Shown here: positions 1-9,290 of the stretch, piece by piece
Layout: each line of letters begins with the position of its first letter
Position numbering within the stretch: position 1 is the first letter of the stretch
From: an uncultured Bacillales bacterium
Lineage (GTDB): Bacteria; Bacillota_I; Bacilli_A; RF39; UBA660
DNA: 41,823 nucleotides
Assembly (NCBI GenBank): GCA_947168625.1
Contig: CAMVMQ010000003.1
Location: 1 to 41,823 of the forward strand
Reading direction: 5' to 3'
The notes under the pieces: model-generated
What the model was told of the DNA's origin: nothing
Seen by the model: the letters and a program-made list of their open reading frames with translations, nothing else
The model's database searches: none
Translations under genes and position numbers: made by a program

Positions 1-20
1 AATAAAAGGAGTTGATCCAA

Positions 21-869
21 ATGAATGAAAATAAAACTAATATAAATTGGTATCCAGGACATATGGCTAAGACAAAGAGAGAAATCAAAGAAAAAATGGA
101 TTTAATTGATATAGTGTTTGAGGTAATTGATGCTAGAATTCCACTATCTTCGAAAAATGAGGATATTAATAGTATCATAGATAAAAAACCAAGGATTCTA
201 ATTATGACTAAGAAAGATTTATGTGACGAAAGTGTTACTAACAAATGGAAATTATATTATGAAGATAAAGGATATATTGTTGTAATGATGGATCTAATAA
301 ATAATACTAGTATGAAATCATTATATGATAAAGTAAATCCTTTAATTAATAATATGAATAAGAAAAGAGTAGATAAAGGTCTAAAAGAAAGAAAAGCACG
401 AATATTAGTTATCGGTGTTCCAAATGTTGGTAAAAGTACTTTAATTAATAGATTAGTAGGTAGGAAAAGTGCTAATGTTGGCAATAGACCAGGTGTTACT
501 AAAAGCCTAGAGTGGATTAGAATAAATGACAAGATGGAACTTCTTGATACCCCAGGTATATTATGGCCTAAAATAGATAATAAGGAAATTGCCTATAATT
601 TAGCTAGTATGACTGCGATTAAGGAAGAAGTATTGAATACCGATGAAATTGCCATTTATATTATTAATACTCTTTTAAAATATTATAAAGATAATCTAAT
701 TGAGAGATATTCTCTTTCTTCCATTGATGACCTTATAGATATATTAGATGATATCGGTAAGAAAATAGGAGCAATTAAAAGCAGTGAAGTTGATTATGAT
801 AGAGTATATCTTCGAATAATTAAAGATTTACGAGATGGCTATTTAGGGAAAATAACCTTTGATAGATAA
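21..869 (+). CDS. rbgA: Ribosome biogenesis GTPase RbgA/YlqF
   Basis: WYPGHM N-terminus, DARIP, GVPNVGKS P-loop, PGVTK and LLDTPG motifs. AAGGAG RBS favours the ATG at 21. Confidence 0.97.
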   Translation: MNENKTNINWYPGHMAKTKREIKEKMDLIDIVFEVIDARIPLSSKNEDINSIIDKKPRILIMTKKDLCDESVTNKWKLYYEDKGYIVVMMDLINNTSMKSLYDKVNPLINNMNKKRVDKGLKERKARILVIGVPNVGKSTLINRLVGRKSANVGNRPGVTKSLEWIRINDKMELLDTPGILWPKIDNKEIAYNLASMTAIKEEVLNTDEIAIYIINTLLKYYKDNLIERYSLSSIDDLIDILDDIGKKIGAIKSSEVDYDRVYLRIIKDLRDGYLGKITFDR

Positions 870-903
870 AAATAAAGTTATCAGTAATTGATAACTTTAT
901 TTT
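869..903. terminator. Bidirectional intrinsic terminator
   Basis: AAAATAAAGTTATCA-gtaat-TGATAACTTTATTTT inverted repeat between convergent genes. Confidence 0.8.
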
Positions 904-1394
904 ATTATTTTTCCTAATATTCCATAAGAGATAATACTCATTATCAAACTTGCCATAATTACACCAAGAAAGATATAAATAAAAGATTTTTTTCTGTCTA
1001 AGTGAAGAATAGAAGCTAAGGCAGAACCCGTCCAAGCACCAGTCCCTGGAAGCGGAATACCTACAAATAGTAGAAGTCCTAAATAACCATATTTGTCTAT
1101 TTGCTTTCTTTTAGATAGAATTTTCTTTTCTATTTTTATAGCCAATTTACTAGTTAATTTCATTTTTTTTAAGAATTCTAAAATCTTTTCCATGAATAAA
1201 AGAACTAATGGAATTGGAAGAACATTTCCTATAATACTAATAATATATCCTTTAAAAAAAGAAATTTTCAAAAGAGCAGAGGCAATCAATCCACCACGAA
1301 GTTCTAAAAGAGGTAGAATTGATATTATGAAGACAATTAGCTCTTTACCTAAAGGACCAAGTATTTTAATTAGACCTTCAATTAACTTTTCCAT
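897..1394 (-). CDS. COG2426 / putative small multidrug export membrane protein
   Basis: LPLLELRGG and VGIPLPGTGAWTG signature motifs; hydrophobic. Confidence 0.9.
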   Translation of the reverse strand: MEKLIEGLIKILGPLGKELIVFIISILPLLELRGGLIASALLKISFFKGYIISIIGNVLPIPLVLLFMEKILEFLKKMKLTSKLAIKIEKKILSKRKQIDKYGYLGLLLFVGIPLPGTGAWTGSALASILHLDRKKSFIYIFLGVIMASLIMSIISYGILGKIIK

Positions 1395-1558
1395 TTTGTA
1401 TCACATCCTAAATAATTATATCAAATAATTAATAATCAGACAATAAGTAGTGCAATAAAATATTATAAAATAATAATATAATTACTTGAAAAATAATAAA
1501 AATTATAGTATTATTTATATAGAATAAAGTAAGAAAAAAGATAAGGAGAGGTTTTAAA

Positions 1559-2398
1559 ATGAACGAACAAGATTTAATTATTGAAAAGAAAATTGAAAAA
1601 AGAGAAAAGACTGATATAATTATTGCTTATATGTTGATAGTAGTACTTATTTTTTGTATACTATTTGTGATTTATTTAAAGTTTATCAAAAAAGGAAAAA
1701 AATTAGAAACTATTCCTACTGAATATACAGTAAATACCATTACTCTTAATGATATAGCAAGTAGTTTAAGCAGTAATCTAAGTTCTAAATATAATTCTAT
1801 TACTGCTCTTGCAAAAGACACTAGTATAACAATTAATTATGGAGATATAAATTATAATGTTCCCTTAGAAGGAAATGAACTAGTTTTTAATATTGACAAT
1901 GATAATATGACATTATCTGAAGATATATATAAAGAGATACTTTCTAGTGTTTGTACATTTTATCATAATGATAGAGAAGGATGTAAAAACGCCGCTATTA
2001 AAGTAAGCGAGAGTAATCCTACTAGTGGAGTTAGATTTGATAGTAATAAAATTTATATTAATATAGTTAATTCTATTTCTCCAAATGAAACGTCTACTAC
2101 ACTTATCTATAATACAGAAACAGAAGCTAATCTTGATACCTCTTTTGAAGTTGAAATGAATAATACCAAAATTAGTAATATCGTAATAGATACAGAGAAC
2201 AATGTAAAAGTTACTGGGGATATTACCTATACAAGTGATAAAACTACCAGTAAAGTTACTGTTAAACTATATGATGAAAATAATACTTTACTTGAAGAAA
2301 AATCCGTCGCTGCAGTGGATAATTTTAGTATAATTTTTGAATATAGTGATACTTTAAAAATAGATAATTTAAAAAAATATAGTGTAGTAGTAGAATAG
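1559..2398 (+). CDS. Hypothetical membrane-anchored protein, possible C-terminal Ig-like (FxLYD-type) domain
   Basis: AGGAGAGG RBS; N-terminal TM helix; S/T/N-rich extracellular part; VTVKLYDENN motif. Confidence 0.7.
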   Translation: MNEQDLIIEKKIEKREKTDIIIAYMLIVVLIFCILFVIYLKFIKKGKKLETIPTEYTVNTITLNDIASSLSSNLSSKYNSITALAKDTSITINYGDINYNVPLEGNELVFNIDNDNMTLSEDIYKEILSSVCTFYHNDREGCKNAAIKVSESNPTSGVRFDSNKIYINIVNSISPNETSTTLIYNTETEANLDTSFEVEMNNTKISNIVIDTENNVKVTGDITYTSDKTTSKVTVKLYDENNTLLEEKSVAAVDNFSIIFEYSDTLKIDNLKKYSVVVE

Positions 2399-2406
2399 GA
2401 GACGTT

Positions 2407-3114
2407 ATGAGCACGCATATAGAAAGCAAAAAAGAAAGTATTTCCCAAACTGTTTTGATGCCTGGAGATCCTAAAAGGTGTGAGTATATTGCTAAAAAAT
2501 ATTTATCAAATCCCATTTTAGTAAATGATGTAAGAGGAATGACCGCTTATACTGGTTTTTACAAGAGTCGTAAAATAACTCTTTTTCCATCAGGTATGGG
2601 AAATCCAAGTATGGGTATTTATTCATATGAATTATTTAAAGATTATGATGTTCAAAATATTATACGAATAGGAACAATGGGGGCCTATACAAATCTTTCA
2701 CTAAAAGACATTGTTTTAGTTGAAAATTCTTTTACAAATTCTAATTATGGAGTATATGCTTCTGCATATAATACAAATATGATAGGGGCTAGCCAAACAC
2801 TTAATAAAGTTATTTTAAATACTTCTAAAGAATTAAAGCTTAATATCAATTATGGGAATATTTATTCTTCGGATGTCTTTTATGAAAAAGAAAATAACTA
2901 CAAGAGCATTGCCAGTAAATACCGTGTGCTAGGAGTTGAAATGGAAAGCTTTGCTCTCTTCATTAATGCAGCATTATTTAAGAGAAATGCCAGTACATTA
3001 TTAATGGTAAGCGATAGCTTTTTAAATGCAGATAAACTATCTCAAGAAGAAAGAGAGCAAGGATTAGATAATTTAATTATCTTAGCATTAGAATCTTGTT
3101 TAAAATTACAATAA
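2407..3114 (+). CDS. deoD: Purine nucleoside phosphorylase, DeoD type
   Basis: VLMPGDPKR, VRGM, GMGNPS, IIRIGT, SSDVFY and VEMES motifs. Confidence 0.96.
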   Translation: MSTHIESKKESISQTVLMPGDPKRCEYIAKKYLSNPILVNDVRGMTAYTGFYKSRKITLFPSGMGNPSMGIYSYELFKDYDVQNIIRIGTMGAYTNLSLKDIVLVENSFTNSNYGVYASAYNTNMIGASQTLNKVILNTSKELKLNINYGNIYSSDVFYEKENNYKSIASKYRVLGVEMESFALFINAALFKRNASTLLMVSDSFLNADKLSQEEREQGLDNLIILALESCLKLQ

Positions 3115-3142
3115 TAGGATATAATATCACCAGGAGGCATAT

Positions 3143-4402
3143 ATGAATTTCACTACAATAAATAAAGGTGCATATAATTTGCATCTTATTAAAACCAAAA
3201 AATTTAAAACAATAACAATTGATATTAATTTCTATAGAGATATTAAAAAAGAAGAAATAACTAAAAGAAACTTACTTAAGATGGTTCTTTTAGATTCAAG
3301 TAAAAATTATAGGAGCGAGAAAGATTTGATTATTGAAAGTGAGAATCTTTATGATATTAAAGTATCTTCATCTATTTCAAGAATTGGTCGCTTTAGTAAT
3401 CTATCTTTTCAGACAAAGTTTTTAAATGAAAAATATACCGAGAAAGGAATGGACGAAGAGTCTGTTGTCTTTTTTCTTGACTTACTTTTTAATCCCAATA
3501 TTAAAGATAATACATTCGTTAATATTGATAAGCAGAAAGAACGTTTACGACAAGATATTGAAAGTATTAAAGATAATAAACCAAAACTTGCTAACTTAAA
3601 GTTAATGGAAAAAATTAAAGATATGCCATACTCTTTAAATACATATGGATACATTGAAGATTTAGATAAAATAGATGGTAAAAATTTATATGAATACTAT
3701 AAAGAAGTATTAGAAAAAGATCAGATCGATATTTTTGTTCTAGGAGACATTGATACTTCTTTAATGAAAAAATTATTTGATAAATACTTCATTATTAATA
3801 CTTTTAAAAAAGAAAATAAAAATTTACTTGTACCCGAATTAACAAAAAGAAAAAGAATTACAAGATATCGTGAATACATGGATGTTAATCAAGCACAGAT
3901 TATTTTACTGCTTTCTCTAAATAATCTAACTGATTTTGAAAGAAAATATACTATTAAAGTTCTAAACGAAGTACTAGGAGGATCATCATACTCAATTCTT
4001 TTTGACCGTGTAAGAGAAAAAAAAGGATACTGCTACTACATTAATGCTAGTGTAAAAGCCTACGATAATATCATGGTTATTAATTCAGGTGTCGAAAAAG
4101 AAAATACAGACAAATGTATTAAACTTATTCGTAAGTGCTTAAAAGAAGTTAAAGATGGTAAAATTGATGAGGAACTAATTTCTTCCTCAATTAAAACAAT
4201 AGTATCTGGTATTAAATCTTCATATGATAATCCTTTAAGTATTATTAATACGTATTTTTCTAAAGTACTAGTAGGAACAGCAGAAGAAGATGATAGAATA
4301 AAAGCTTTTCAGAGTATTACCAAAGATAATTTAGTTAATGTTGCTAAAAAGATATCTGTACATAGTATCCTTACATTAGAAAAGGGGGATAGTAATGAAT
4401 AA
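3143..4402 (+). CDS. ymfF: M16B peptidase non-catalytic subunit (YmfF-like)
   Basis: KFKT start, LGG...LF..VREK.G.CYY motif, no HXXEH; paired with the downstream M16 gene. Confidence 0.85.
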   Translation: MNFTTINKGAYNLHLIKTKKFKTITIDINFYRDIKKEEITKRNLLKMVLLDSSKNYRSEKDLIIESENLYDIKVSSSISRIGRFSNLSFQTKFLNEKYTEKGMDEESVVFFLDLLFNPNIKDNTFVNIDKQKERLRQDIESIKDNKPKLANLKLMEKIKDMPYSLNTYGYIEDLDKIDGKNLYEYYKEVLEKDQIDIFVLGDIDTSLMKKLFDKYFIINTFKKENKNLLVPELTKRKRITRYREYMDVNQAQIILLLSLNNLTDFERKYTIKVLNEVLGGSSYSILFDRVREKKGYCYYINASVKAYDNIMVINSGVEKENTDKCIKLIRKCLKEVKDGKIDEELISSSIKTIVSGIKSSYDNPLSIINTYFSKVLVGTAEEDDRIKAFQSITKDNLVNVAKKISVHSILTLEKGDSNE

Positions 4403-5672
4403 AATAAAGATTAAAACTCTTGATGAAGAAGTTATCTATGATAAACTAGATAATGGACTTGAAGTATATTTAGTCAATAAAGCAACTTTCAGCAGTAGTT
4501 ATGTAACATTTACAACAAAATATGGCTCTGTATATAATGAATTTACTCCATTGGGAGAAGATAAATTAAAGAAGTTTCCAAAAGGTATTGCTCACTTTCT
4601 TGAACACAAAGTATTCGCAGTAAAAGACGGACCTGATCCGATGGAGTTCTTTTCAAGAAGTGGTAGTATTTGTAATGCTTATACGACATTCAATAATACC
4701 ACATATCTTTTCTATGCCACAAATAAATTGGAAGAAAACATTTCCTATTTACTTGATTATGTGCAAGAACTTTATTTAACTCCCGAGTCAGTAGAAAATG
4801 AGAAAAAGATTATTTCAGAAGAGATTCATATGTATGATGATAAACCAAGTGAAGTACTCTCTGAAAGAATTAGATTAAATGCGCTTCATACTAATCCATA
4901 TCGTGATAGTATTATCGGTACTGTAGAAGATATTAGTAAGATAACAAAGGAAGATTTAGAAACTTGTTATAGCACTTTTTATCATCCATCAAATATGTTT
5001 TTAATAGTGGTAGGCTCTTTTGATTCTGATAAGATATTAAAAGTGATTCGCGATAACCAAAATAAAAAAAAGTTCAAACCCGCTAGAAAAATAAAAGTTA
5101 AAGAGTTTAAAGAAGAAGATAGTGTTTATAAGAAAAGTGAAGTAATTACAAGTTCTACTAGTATTCCAAAGGTTTCTATTACATTAAAAATAAACACTAA
5201 AAAGATTAATCTATCTCGAAGAAAAATATCCTTATATTTATATATATTATTTTCTTCTATGTTTGATGAAACATCTATCTTTGATGAGAAACTTAAGAAA
5301 GAAAAGATAATCACAAATACAGCCTATATTAGCACATTAAATAGTAATACTCACATCTTAGTAAGTATTATTAACGAAACAGAAAAATATAAAGAGTTCA
5401 TTGATAGAGTGGAAAATGAATTAAAAAATATGAGTATTAGTAAAGAAGATTTTGAACGAAAGAAAAAAGTACTAATAAGTAATGAATTATTTGCATGCGA
5501 GTATGCTGAACAAATAAATGATATATTGCTTGATGATTTAATTTTTGAAGGAAAGATTGAAAGCGATCCTATCGGAATTATTAATAGTTTAAGCATAGAT
5601 GAATTAAATGATATAATTAAAAAAATAGATAATGAAAATATCTCCAAAGTAATTTTAAAAAACAAGAAATAA
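4395..5672 (+). CDS. ymfH: M16B zinc peptidase (YmfH-like)
   Basis: GIAHFLEHK (HXXEH), NAYTT and YHPSNM motifs. Confidence 0.9.
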   Translation: MNKIKIKTLDEEVIYDKLDNGLEVYLVNKATFSSSYVTFTTKYGSVYNEFTPLGEDKLKKFPKGIAHFLEHKVFAVKDGPDPMEFFSRSGSICNAYTTFNNTTYLFYATNKLEENISYLLDYVQELYLTPESVENEKKIISEEIHMYDDKPSEVLSERIRLNALHTNPYRDSIIGTVEDISKITKEDLETCYSTFYHPSNMFLIVVGSFDSDKILKVIRDNQNKKKFKPARKIKVKEFKEEDSVYKKSEVITSSTSIPKVSITLKINTKKINLSRRKISLYLYILFSSMFDETSIFDEKLKKEKIITNTAYISTLNSNTHILVSIINETEKYKEFIDRVENELKNMSISKEDFERKKKVLISNELFACEYAEQINDILLDDLIFEGKIESDPIGIINSLSIDELNDIIKKIDNENISKVILKNKK

Positions 5673-5700
5673 TACTATAAATTTTTAGTATTATTTTTTT
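5668..5700 (+). terminator. Intrinsic terminator after ymfH
   Basis: AATAATACT...AGTATTATT stem followed by a T-run; AT-only stem so weak. Confidence 0.55.
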
Positions 5701-5740
5701 ATTTATAAGAAAAGTGCTTTTATAAATACAATAAATTTTG

Positions 5741-5754
5741 CGAACAATTGTTCT
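5741..5754. promoter_or_regulatory. LexA/DinR (SOS, Cheo) box
   Basis: CGAACAATTGTTCT matches the Firmicutes GAAC-N4-GTTC consensus; lies 8 bp upstream of a -35 hexamer. Confidence 0.7.
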
Positions 5755-5762
5755 AAAAGATA

Positions 5763-5790
5763 TTGACTATTTTATAGGGTTTAATATACT
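5763..5790 (+). promoter_or_regulatory. SigA-type promoter
   Basis: TTGACT-N16-TATACT. Confidence 0.65.
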
Positions 5791-5817
5791 TATTTTGTAA
5801 GTAAGAGAGGTGATGGC

Positions 5818-5883
5818 CTGAATTATAATTTAGTGTTGTTCTCAATAATTATAAAAATATACGTACAGTGCTTACCTTTATAA
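5818..5883 (+). CDS. Candidate 21-aa hydrophobic small peptide (CTG start)
   Basis: GAGGTGA RBS at 5807-5813, CTG start, MNYNLVLFSIIIKIYVQCLPL*; sits directly downstream of the promoter. Confidence 0.3.
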   Translation: MNYNLVLFSIIIKIYVQCLPL

Positions 5884-6172
5884 TAAACAATATAGTTTAA
5901 AAAGGCGAACAGTCTTCTAGAAATGATTTACAAAAATATTTATTTTTTTGAATTTTAAGAAACATTAAAAACACGATAAATCAAAAAAATAGCTAAAATT
6001 AATTTACATTAAAAAAATAAAAGCATTTGGAATTGCCTTGATAATAAAGGATTTGCTGAGTTAATAGACAAAAATAGAGATTTGCAAAAATTAAAAAAAT
6101 AGGAAAAAGCAAAAAAAACAAAGTATTAAAAAAACAAAAAATGTAAAATTTCGAAAAAGCGAACAAAACATC

Positions 6173-6201
6173 TTGACAAGGGTATTATAGTAATATATAA
6201 T
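6173..6201 (+). promoter_or_regulatory. Consensus SigA promoter of the nrdD operon
   Basis: TTGACA-N17-TATAAT, followed by GAGGAGG RBS. Confidence 0.85.
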
Positions 6202-6233
6202 TATGATTGTAATGTAGAGGAGGAAGCAAAAAA

Positions 6234-8531
6234 ATGACAGACGTCGAAGAGAAATTAGAAGAACTAGAGGTCATCAAAAGAAACGGAAAAAAAGTGTCTT
6301 TCGATGGCAAAAAAATAGCTCTAGCGATTAAAAAAGGATTTGATAGTATAATCCTTGAAGATGATGAAAAAAAATATACAGCTCAAGATATTCAAAAAGT
6401 ATATCAAGCAGTTGTTAAAAAAATAGATAAGGAATATTTGCCAATTGGTAAGATTAAAATTGAACAGGTTCAAGATTTGATTGAAGATAATCTTAAAAAG
6501 TATGGGTATGATGATGTATTAGATTCTTTTTCAGAGTATCGTAAGAGAAGAAGTGCAGCAAGAGAAGCTTTTCGAGACGATAAAAATATGGCTAGATTGC
6601 AAAAAAGTATTGAAGGTCTTGGACTTAAAAGTGCTAATGAAGAAGATTCAAAGAGAGAAAATGCAAATATTGATGGTAATACAGCCATGGGAACAATGCT
6701 TCAGTTTGGAAGCACCATATCTAGAGCTTTTACAGAAACATACTTAATGAAAAAGAAATTTGCAGAAGCCCATGATAATGGTGATATACATATTCATGAT
6801 ATGGATTTTGAAGCTATGGGTACTACTACATGCTGCCAAATAGATTTAACAAAATTATTTAAAAATGGTTTTTCAACTGGTCATGGATATTTAAGAGAAC
6901 CACAGAGTATTATGAGTTATGCGGCTTTAGCAGCTATTGCAATTCAAGCAAATCAAAATGATCAACATGGTGGTCAGTCAATACCAGCTTTTGATTATTA
7001 TATGGCACCAGGTGTTCTTAAAACTTTTAAAAGACAATTTAAACAGGCAGTATACGAATTATTAGATTTTTCTGATTTTATTAGTTTTATTAATATGGAT
7101 AAGGTTGAGAAGGAAATTGATAAATTAGGAAGTATTAATATTGATATCGATGTTTTTGAACCAATTTATAAAGAGAGTAGTGAAGTTAAAAAAATTATTG
7201 AAAAAGGATATGAAATTGCTTACAAGAAAACTAATAGAGAAACTTATCAAGCTATGGAAGGATTTATTCATAATCTTAATACAATGCATTCAAGAGCAGG
7301 TGCACAAGTTCCATTTTCATCTGTTAATTTTGGTACTGATACTTCTCCTGAAGGTAGAATGGTTATCAAAAACTTTCTATTAGCTACTGATGCTGGACTT
7401 GGCCATGGGGAAACACCAATCTTTCCAATATCAATATTTAAATTAAAGAAAGGTGTTAGTTATGAGATTGATGATCCTAACTATGATTTATTTAAGTTAG
7501 CATGTAAAGTATCCGCTAAAAGACTATTTCCAAATTTTTCATTCTTAGATTCATCATTTAATAAACCTTTCTATAAAGGTGACTATACAACAGAAGTTGG
7601 TTATATGGGATGCCGTACTAGGGTTATGGCTAATGTTGTAGATGAAGATAAAGCTGTAACTGTAGGACGTGGTAATTTATCATTTACTTCAATTAATTTA
7701 CCTAGACTTGGTATTAAGCACGGCATTGTAAGAAATGATAAAACTGATATGAAAGGGTTCTATGAAGAGTTAGGAAATCTTATGGATTTAGTTAAAGATC
7801 AATTACTTGAAAGATTTGAAATACAGTGTAACAGAAAATTGTATAATTTTCCATTCTTACTTGGTCAAGGTGTTTGGATTGATTCAGAAAAGCTTAAACC
7901 TAATGACCGTTTAAAGAAAATATTAAAACACGGTACTTTATCAATAGGATTTATAGGCTTAGCAGAATGCTTAAAGGCATTAATAGGTAAACATCATGGT
8001 GAAAGTGATGAAGCACAAAAACTTGGACTAGAAATAATTGGTTTTATGCGTAAAAAATGTGACGAATATGCTAAAGAATATAAGCTTAATTTTACCTTGC
8101 TAGCTACTCCTGCTGAAGGATTATCTGGAAGATTTATTAATATTGATAAAGCTGTATATGGTAAAATTAAAGGTGTAACTGATAGAGAATACTATACTAA
8201 TTCATTCCATGTTCCTGTTTACTATAATATTTCTATCGTAAACAAGATTAAGAAAGAGGGAGTATATCATAAGCTAACAAATGCTGGTCACATTAGTTAT
8301 ATTGAATTAGATGGCGATACAACAAATAATCTTGAAGCTTTTGAAAGAATAGTAAGATTAATGTACGAAAATGATATGGGATATGCCGCAATTAATCATC
8401 CTGTTGATCGTGATCCAGTTTGTGGCTATACTGGGGTAATTGGTGATGTATGTCCTGGATGTGGAAGGCATAATTTTGAGGCCGTTCCAATTGATAGAGT
8501 TAATGAATATAAGAATAGTTGTAATTGTTAA
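6234..8531 (+). CDS. nrdD: Anaerobic (class III) ribonucleoside-triphosphate reductase, large part lacking the glycyl-radical loop
   Basis: N-terminal ATP cone (VIKRNG), IHIHD, TTTCCQ, QHGGQ, YMGCRT, GRGNLSFTSINL, TPAEGL, YYTNS and Zn site DPVC..CPGC. No RxxGY motif. Confidence 0.96.
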   Translation: MTDVEEKLEELEVIKRNGKKVSFDGKKIALAIKKGFDSIILEDDEKKYTAQDIQKVYQAVVKKIDKEYLPIGKIKIEQVQDLIEDNLKKYGYDDVLDSFSEYRKRRSAAREAFRDDKNMARLQKSIEGLGLKSANEEDSKRENANIDGNTAMGTMLQFGSTISRAFTETYLMKKKFAEAHDNGDIHIHDMDFEAMGTTTCCQIDLTKLFKNGFSTGHGYLREPQSIMSYAALAAIAIQANQNDQHGGQSIPAFDYYMAPGVLKTFKRQFKQAVYELLDFSDFISFINMDKVEKEIDKLGSINIDIDVFEPIYKESSEVKKIIEKGYEIAYKKTNRETYQAMEGFIHNLNTMHSRAGAQVPFSSVNFGTDTSPEGRMVIKNFLLATDAGLGHGETPIFPISIFKLKKGVSYEIDDPNYDLFKLACKVSAKRLFPNFSFLDSSFNKPFYKGDYTTEVGYMGCRTRVMANVVDEDKAVTVGRGNLSFTSINLPRLGIKHGIVRNDKTDMKGFYEELGNLMDLVKDQLLERFEIQCNRKLYNFPFLLGQGVWIDSEKLKPNDRLKKILKHGTLSIGFIGLAECLKALIGKHHGESDEAQKLGLEIIGFMRKKCDEYAKEYKLNFTLLATPAEGLSGRFINIDKAVYGKIKGVTDREYYTNSFHVPVYYNISIVNKIKKEGVYHKLTNAGHISYIELDGDTTNNLEAFERIVRLMYENDMGYAAINHPVDRDPVCGYTGVIGDVCPGCGRHNFEAVPIDRVNEYKNSCNC

Positions 8532-8551
8532 ATAGAAAAGAGGAGTTAAAA

Positions 8552-8731
8552 ATGAAAGAAGAAATAAAAGAAAAAACAACAGGTGAGGGTGTTGGTTTTG
8601 AAAGAATTAGAAGAATAACTGGGTATTTAGTAGGTACTGTCGACAGATTCAATAATGGAAAAAGAGCAGAAGAAAGAGATAGAGTTAAACATAGTACTGA
8701 GGGTTTACTTAATACTAAAAAGTGTGCCTAA
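8552..8731 (+). CDS. Stand-alone NrdD glycyl-radical domain (59 aa)
   Basis: Own AGGAG RBS (8541-8545) and ATG at 8552; FERIRRITGYLVG...FNNGKRAEERDRVKH is the NrdD C-terminal radical motif. Confidence 0.9.
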   Translation: MKEEIKEKTTGEGVGFERIRRITGYLVGTVDRFNNGKRAEERDRVKHSTEGLLNTKKCA

Positions 8732-9282
8732 TGAAAATTAGATTAGCTGTAAATTATTTACAGAGTGATAGTATAGTTGATGGTGAAGGAATCAGAACAG
8801 TTATTTGGACGCAAGGATGTTCTCATAATTGTCCTGGATGCCATAATCCCAATACTCATTCTTTTGACGATGGTTACTTATTGGATATCAAAGAAGTAGA
8901 AGATATGGTCGATGAACTAGATGGTCAAGATGGTGTAACATTTTCAGGAGGAGATCCTTTTTATCAACCAGAAGCATGTGCAATCATTGCTAAATATATA
9001 AAAAAAAGAGGATTAAATGTTTGGTGTTATACAGGCTTTTTATATGAGACATTAATTGAATTATCCAAAAAGAATAGTAAAATAATGGATTTCTTAAAAG
9101 AAATAGATGTTTTGGTAGATGGACCATTTCTACTGGAACAAAAAAGCTATGATGCTATTTTTAGGGGCTCAACTAATCAGAGAATTATTAATGTTAAAAA
9201 GAGTTTAAAAGATAAGAAAGTCGTATTAGTAGATAAATACTATTTAAAAGAGAAAAAAATTAAAGAGCATATTTATATATAG
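8731..9282 (+). CDS. nrdG: Class III RNR activating enzyme (radical SAM)
   Basis: SIVDGEG, CxxxCxxC (CSHNCPGC), SGGDP, DVLVDG and RGSTNQR motifs; TAATG overlap with the upstream stop. Confidence 0.96.
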   Translation: MKIRLAVNYLQSDSIVDGEGIRTVIWTQGCSHNCPGCHNPNTHSFDDGYLLDIKEVEDMVDELDGQDGVTFSGGDPFYQPEACAIIAKYIKKRGLNVWCYTGFLYETLIELSKKNSKIMDFLKEIDVLVDGPFLLEQKSYDAIFRGSTNQRIINVKKSLKDKKVVLVDKYYLKEKKIKEHIYI

Positions 9283-9290
9283 CTCTTTTT

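Noticed and set aside
8480-8560. nrdD as a frameshifted pseudogene
   Set aside because: The second part has its own strong RBS and ATG, both halves carry extra non-homologous terminal residues, and nrdG coupling is intact. Read-level confirmation is still advisable.
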